From the NCBI RefSeq assembly GCF_006345805.1, contig NW_021835567.1, forward strand, positions 1 through 26,236: DNA of 26,236 nucleotides. Direction: 5' to 3'. The stretch comes from Octopus sinensis (taxonomy: Eukaryota). How positions within the stretch are numbered: position 1 is the first letter of the stretch; each line of letters starts with the position of its first letter. Positions 20,936 to 26,236 of this stretch are shown in pieces. The position numbers and the translations under genes are program-made. The notes under the pieces are model-generated. The model worked only from the letters and a program-made list of their open reading frames with translations. It searched no databases and was not told where the DNA came from.

Positions 20936-21226
20936 ACACACACACACACACAAACAAACAAACAAACAAACACAAACATATCCTCCATATGAATAAACAA
21001 TACCAAAAGAAAATCTCTTCAAACTGATCAAACATTCAAAATCTCAGAATCTTTGATCTTTCATGACATTTTCAGAAAATATAAGATTTCTGAAAGTAAA
21101 TCTTAAAGATTGATTTCCTTTCCAGAGCCAGAAAATAATTCAGTCCTGCTGAGTTTGTGATCTGCTTTCCCCTTCCCAACCTCCACTGCCCTTCAAATTA
21201 CAAATTTGACCCACATTTAAGTACTA

Positions 21227-21472
21227 CAGTCGTTGCCAAAAGTCTGGAACATATTTTCGCATAAGTGATGTACTAGCTTCTAATTATTAAAAGTAAGCAA
21301 TCTGGTCTAGAACTATATTTTTGATTTTGCCTAATTTTTCTTCTAGATATTGAACCATTAGATCTGTTATTAGGTAAGTATATCTCTACATTGTATATAT
21401 TTAAATCAAATTGTATTTGGGCATAACAATTTTATCTTTTAAAAAAACATTCCAAACTTTTGGCCACAACTG
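21227..21472. mobile_element. Tc1/mariner-type MITE, 246 bp, 23-bp TIRs
   Basis: Left TIR cagtcgttgccaaaagtctggaa (21227-21249). Reverse complement of the right TIR (21450-21472) is cagttgtggccaaaagtttggaa, 20/23 identical. TA on the left and TG on the right (imperfect TA TSD). Confidence 0.7.
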
Positions 21473-21484
21473 TGTACAAGTACA

Positions 21485-21880
21485 TATTTATATATAAAAG
21501 TAAGGTTGTGTGTCTGTCTCCTACGATTTAGATTCCTAACTACTCCCACATTTTGCAGTGCAGTTTAACCAAATTCGGGTATCTTATAGTTGTGATTCAT
21601 ATCGAGCCCTTCTGGGTATTAGCGCGCGTCTACGATGAGTCTACGATTTAAAAAAAAATTTACCATCATATTTTTCCATTTTAATGCATTTTTTGCTATT
21701 ATATAAGGGAAGTAACTCTCTAAAAATGTCTACGATGAGTCAACGATTTTTAAAAAAATTTACCATCATTTTTTTCCATTTTTAATGCATTTTTTTGCTA
21801 TATTTTGGCTATAACTCTCTAAAAATGCTTATATAGTTATTTCCCTTACAAACCCGAGCAACGCCGGGCGATACTGCTAG
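21485..21880 (+). mobile_element. non-autonomous Helitron, copy 2
   Basis: Same 5' ~140 bp and same hairpin plus CTAG|T end as 8869-9268. The 5' TC reads TA here. Contains an internal 100-bp tandem duplication. Confidence 0.86.
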
Positions 21881-22044
21881 TATTTAATAAAAGTATATAT
21901 ATAACATCATGTTGAACCGTTAATTCCTACACATTTTTCTTCTTGGTTTTTTTCACTCTCTCTCCATTTTTTCCTTCTCATTCCTTTTTATTGAAGACTA
22001 ATATATATGCTTGCTGTTCTTTTACCTGGTTTCATCTTTTGTGT

Positions 22045-22265
22045 CTGTGTTTAGCCCTCACCTCCGCTTGACAACCAGTGTTGGTGAATTAACATCCTCC
22101 ATAACTTAGAGGTTCAGCAGAGAGGCTGAAAGAATAAGTACCAGGCTTAACAAAAAATAATTACTGGGGTTGATTCATTTGACTAAAAATCCTTTAAGGT
22201 AGTGCCCCAGCATGGCCACAGTCTAGTGACTGAAACAGGCAAAAGACTAAAGATAAAAGAAAAGA
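22045..22265 (+). mobile_element. older family-A SINE 3' module
   Basis: gcttgacaaccagtgttgg...gaataagtaccaggctt...gtgccccagcatggccacagtctagtgactgaaac. Confidence 0.8.
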
Positions 22266-22334
22266 TATCTGTAAAAACAAAGCTGAAAAGGTCATTTCTG
22301 GAATGTCATTGATCATTGGTCTGCTTTGCCTAGG

Positions 22335-22580
22335 CTACAGCTTGGACTACCCAAAATTAGCTTGCTGCCTACAATATCTACCTGACCTCCACCTGATGTT
22401 GTCATTTCTCCGTTCTACATCTTCTATATGCGTCACAGTCTCCAGTAATACACTAAATACAATGGTACAATGACACTCTCCAGAGAACCAGTTCTCTGTC
22501 ATTACAGCCTGCAACCGCCATCATTTTCCTCCTGTCCTTCTTGGACATCAATCACATTCATCTCACCAGTTCACACAACC
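22335..22580 (+). pseudogene. possible decayed LINE ORF2 C-terminal fragment (CR1/L2-group-like)
   Basis: Broken-frame peptides LDYPKLACCLQYL, FYIFY, YNG..SRE and HSSHQFT occur in the order expected for the same region as 4895-5050. Weak. Confidence 0.25.
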
Positions 22581-22681
22581 TCCGCTCTTACTTCATTAAC
22601 TAACTGATAAATAAATACAAATAAATTTGTGCCTGTATGCATATGTGTGTGTGTATTTGTAGGTAAATATCTATCTATCTA

Positions 22682-22755
<74 letters not shown>

Positions 22756-23649
22756 TATATATAACACCACACATACATACATATTATAACACACAACATA
22801 CATACATCATATATATATATATATATTATATATACAGATATATTGCATATATATATAATATGATACTGAGATGTTCATATATGTGTGTGTGTGTGTAGTA
22901 TATATATATATATACATACACACTTCCATTACATACATTCTCACACAAATATACATATATACATTTATACATATACATTTGTACACACATATATATATAT
23001 ATAGATTCACATATATCTTTTACACACACACACACAGAATTCTAATTACTGTGTTATTCTTATCTGCATTTGACACAATGAATAGATATTTTTTTCACAA
23101 TTGCAGCAGCTATTATCAACTTATAGGCATTTATTATCTTGTCAAAGGCTTTAACAAGGTCTAGCCCTAATCTGCTAGCACCGATCATCTGCCTGAACAG
23201 ATTAATCAGGACATTAGCAAAATACTTCAGAGATCCAAGTCATTTCAGCTACTTTTCTGTCCAGGAATCGAGAAGAGAGAGAACATATAGAATTAGATTG
23301 GTCTTCACTGCTGGAAATGAAAACAGCCAAGATATTAGGCTATGTCATGCTATGCAGAGCATATTATTTGATTTAATCCTCTTTGGTGCTTGGGTTCAAA
23401 TCCCCGCAATATTCAAATTTGGTTTTTGTTCACTAAGGGACTTGATACAATTAAGCCCGAACAGTCTATATAGAGGAAGATGAGCCAGTGAGATAGATAG
23501 CTTGCACTTCATTTTTGAAGCTCCAAGGAAATTGTAAGGTGATGTACATGCACTCAGCTCTGACTGCATGTGCATATCATAGTGGAAACAGCTGTAAGCT
23601 AATGAAGTTCATTGCATAATTTACCGCTCCTTTGTCATTTACTTAATTT

Positions 23650-23715
23650 CATATATATTTGTGCGTGTATGTTGCATATGTGTATGAATATATATATATA
23701 TATCTAAATATATAC

Positions 23716-23759
<44 letters not shown>

Positions 23760-23869
23760 GTATATATATACATGTATATATGTATACATGTATATATATA
23801 TATATATATACATACATACACATATGTATCAAAGTATGTATGTGCATGTATGTGTGAGTGTGTGTATGA

Positions 23870-23905
<36 letters not shown>

Positions 23906-24075
23906 CACACACATACACATGTAACACAGTTCTTGCAGACATGTGCACACATACATGCATATAGACACACATATATACACACATGCATGTACATACATAT
24001 ATATATATACACGTGTCTTTGTGTGATGCATACTCACACACATATACATGTCTACACGCACATATGTACATCACC
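23650..24075. repeat. compound TA/CA/TACA low-complexity tract
   Basis: Direct reading; source of several YI/VC/HT ORFs. Confidence 0.9.
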
Positions 24076-24723
24076 ACATAATTACACACCTACTTAACTT
24101 TGTAAAGAGAATTATCACTCAACTGCTAGACCAATTTAAGAAACTTGACTCACATTACACTGGTGTTGATTACAGCAATCCTATTGTAAAAGAATAATGA
24201 TTCCCACCCACAGTTATAATGGGTCTCAATTAATTTATAGACACAAACACTTTTACCATATGCAGCGAAGACATGAATTTCGAGATGAGAACAAAAGGAA
24301 TTAAATAACAGCTGTATCATAGTATTTTAACTTTGAGGGGCTCGAGGCTTTGCGAAAATGTAAAAGATATTCCAATTGTTAAAAATAAAAAAATGATTTT
24401 CGATAAAAAGGCCTGATTAAAAAAACCCTCGTTTAGGGAGTGTAGCTCCTAATATTACTCAACACAGTGTATCAGGTTACTCAGGACAGTATATTGCAAT
24501 ATTACCTATATTGCTCAGCATGTGTCTGTATATTTGTTTGTTTGTTTTTTTTTGTTTTGTCTTTTTTTTTGTGAGTTGTTTGTACAGTAAAAGTGCAAAT
24601 AACTAAATTGATTGTACAGCCAACCCACTGCTTGCAATCGAGCATGGTTTAGTTAATTTGTGTCATGCTTTCACTAATTACTTTAGTACTTTAGGCGTCT
24701 AAGTTATTGCAAGTATACATAGA

Positions 24724-24970
24724 TATTTCTTTACTACCCACAAGGGGGCTAAACACAGAGGGGACAAACAAGGACAGACAAACGGATTAAGTCGATTACA
24801 TCGACCCCAGTGCGTGACTGGTACTTAATTTATCGACCCCGAAAGGATGAAAAGTAAAGGATGAAAGGTAAAGTCAACCTTGGCGGAATTTGAACTCAGA
24901 ACGTAATGCCAGACGAAATATGGCTACGCATTTCGCCCGGCGTGCTAACGTTTCCGCCAGCTCACCACCT
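24724..24970 (-). mobile_element. family-M SINE
   Basis: Matches 3288-3522. Carries a small internal duplication aaaggatgaaa(a/g)gt x2, and its 5' terminus is partly repeated at 24975-24992. Confidence 0.9.
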
Positions 24971-25089
24971 TTTTTTCCGCCAGCTCGACGCCAGGCACTT
25001 CATCCCAGACTAAATGGAACATCAGGATGTAATAGCTTGATGGAAAAGGATTAGACCAATATCCCAATTGCTTCTCATCACAGCCAAGT

Positions 25090-25375
25090 AGCCTGAAGCA
25101 ACTTGACTTGGAATGCCTTGTTCAAGGACAAGTGCCAACTGGTCTAGGAACAGAACCAATGACCATAGCAGCATGAGCAAAATACCCTAACCATTAAGCC
25201 GTGTACCACCACAACCACGCTGATAACATACTGGATAACCAGTACACTATCAAGTATGCTATCAATGTGAAATATACAGCATCTTGCTCAAGGACACTAC
25301 ACACCCCTGGGGATTGAACTCGTGACCTTATGTTTGCAAGCTGAATACTCATAACCACTAAGCAACTCACCTTCA
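25090..25375 (-). mobile_element. two degenerate tRNA/CORE SINE heads in tandem
   Basis: Minus strand: gcttagtggtt...gagttcaatccc...gtccttgagcaag, and ggcttaatggttaggg...gtccttgaacaaggca. Confidence 0.55.
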
Positions 25376-25485
25376 CCAAGCTTTACAAAAAATATCAAGT
25401 ACTATGGTCAATTTGTTCAACTAAAATTCTTCAAGGTAGTGCCCCAGCTAGCTCAGCTTATATCCTACCCTGGTTCTTCATAGTC

Positions 25486-25560
25486 CAGGGGTGGGGAAAC
25501 TTTTTAGTGTGGCAGGCAAAAATTTCCAAAGAAAATGGTCCGTGGGCAGATCACAAATTC
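25486..25560 (+). mobile_element. possible single hAT (Charlie-like) terminus
   Basis: caggggtggggaaacttttt resembles hAT-Charlie TIRs; no matching second TIR in the window. Confidence 0.3.
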
Positions 25561-25609
25561 TAACTCTTATATCTGTGTAAATTTTGTATATATCTATATA
25601 TGTATATGT

Positions 25610-25860
25610 TGAGGTGCGTGGCTTAGTTGTTAGAATGTCAGAATCATGATCGTAAGATTGTAGTTTCGATTCCTGGACCGGGCAACACGTTGTGTTCTTG
25701 AGCAAAACACTTCATTTCACGTTGCTCCAGTCCACTCAGCTGGCAAAAATGAGTAACGCTGCGATGGACTGGTGTCCCGTCCAGCTGGGGAACACATACG
25801 CCATTGAAACCGGGAAACTGGGCCCATGAGCCTGGCTAGGCTTTAAAAGGGTGCATTTAT
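25610..25860 (+). mobile_element. tRNA/CORE SINE, family D
   Basis: A box gtggcttagttgtt, B-box-like gtttcgattcc, CORE-like gttgtgttcttgagcaaaacactt...gctccagtccactcagctg...aaatgagta, then gcgatggactggtgtcccgtccag. Confidence 0.8.
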
Positions 25861-26236
25861 TAATGGCGTTGCATCAGCATGGCCGCAGCTCTGAGCTGGA
25901 ACTTAAAAAAAAAATATCTATGTATAATTCTTCGATATACATTAATAAAGATAAGTTTAACACATTAAATTAACACGTTACATCTTCATTAATGCCGCCA
26001 CTGAATTTAAGATGTTTATATTATGTATGAGGTGTTCTATATTTTTCAGCTAGAGTGTAGTTGGGTCTCAAGGGGGTGGTACAAACCTAGTAATATGTGT
26101 TTTATAGTGAAAGCAAAATTTCCATCCAAATGGTAATTACCGGATGATTTTCCATTCGAGTCTAACCATTTTAAGTCGTGGTGGAAGCACAACCTATATC
26201 CCAAATAAGCCTATGAATATTGTATAAATTTTATAA

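Noticed and set aside
22629-24089. Many YI/VC/HT-rich ORFs (also at 11072-12248 and 16314-16613)
   Set aside because: They are dinucleotide microsatellite translations.
18700-24195. Several short protein-like stretches after AG sites (e.g. ETYKSSVTQTVTKRGYK near 18873, NREEREHIELDWSSLLEMK near 23260, ITQLLDQFKKLDSHYTG near 24113)
   Set aside because: They lack convincing paired donor and acceptor sites and match no family I recognise; expected by chance in 26 kb.

Overview
This is AT-rich, microsatellite-dense eukaryotic DNA made almost entirely of interspersed repeats. The repeat landscape resembles an octopus or other coleoid cephalopod genome; this is inferred from my recollection of these families, not from a search. 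No host gene can be supported, only a few candidate exons with good splice signals, so the window is probably intronic or intergenic. Contents: (1) many tRNA-headed SINEs built from interchangeable head and tail modules; (2) 5'-truncated copies of a (GAT)n-tailed retroposon, probably a LINE 3' end, one carrying 14 alternating ~61-bp hairpin monomers; (3) two non-autonomous Helitrons with the same termini but different interiors; (4) a Tc1/mariner-type MITE; (5) decayed mariner and pogo/Tigger transposase fragments; (6) a LINE 3' end with an intact three-zinc-finger frame; (7) a near-perfect 217/229-bp inverted repeat enclosing the mariner fragment. Most ORFs in the track are translations of microsatellites.
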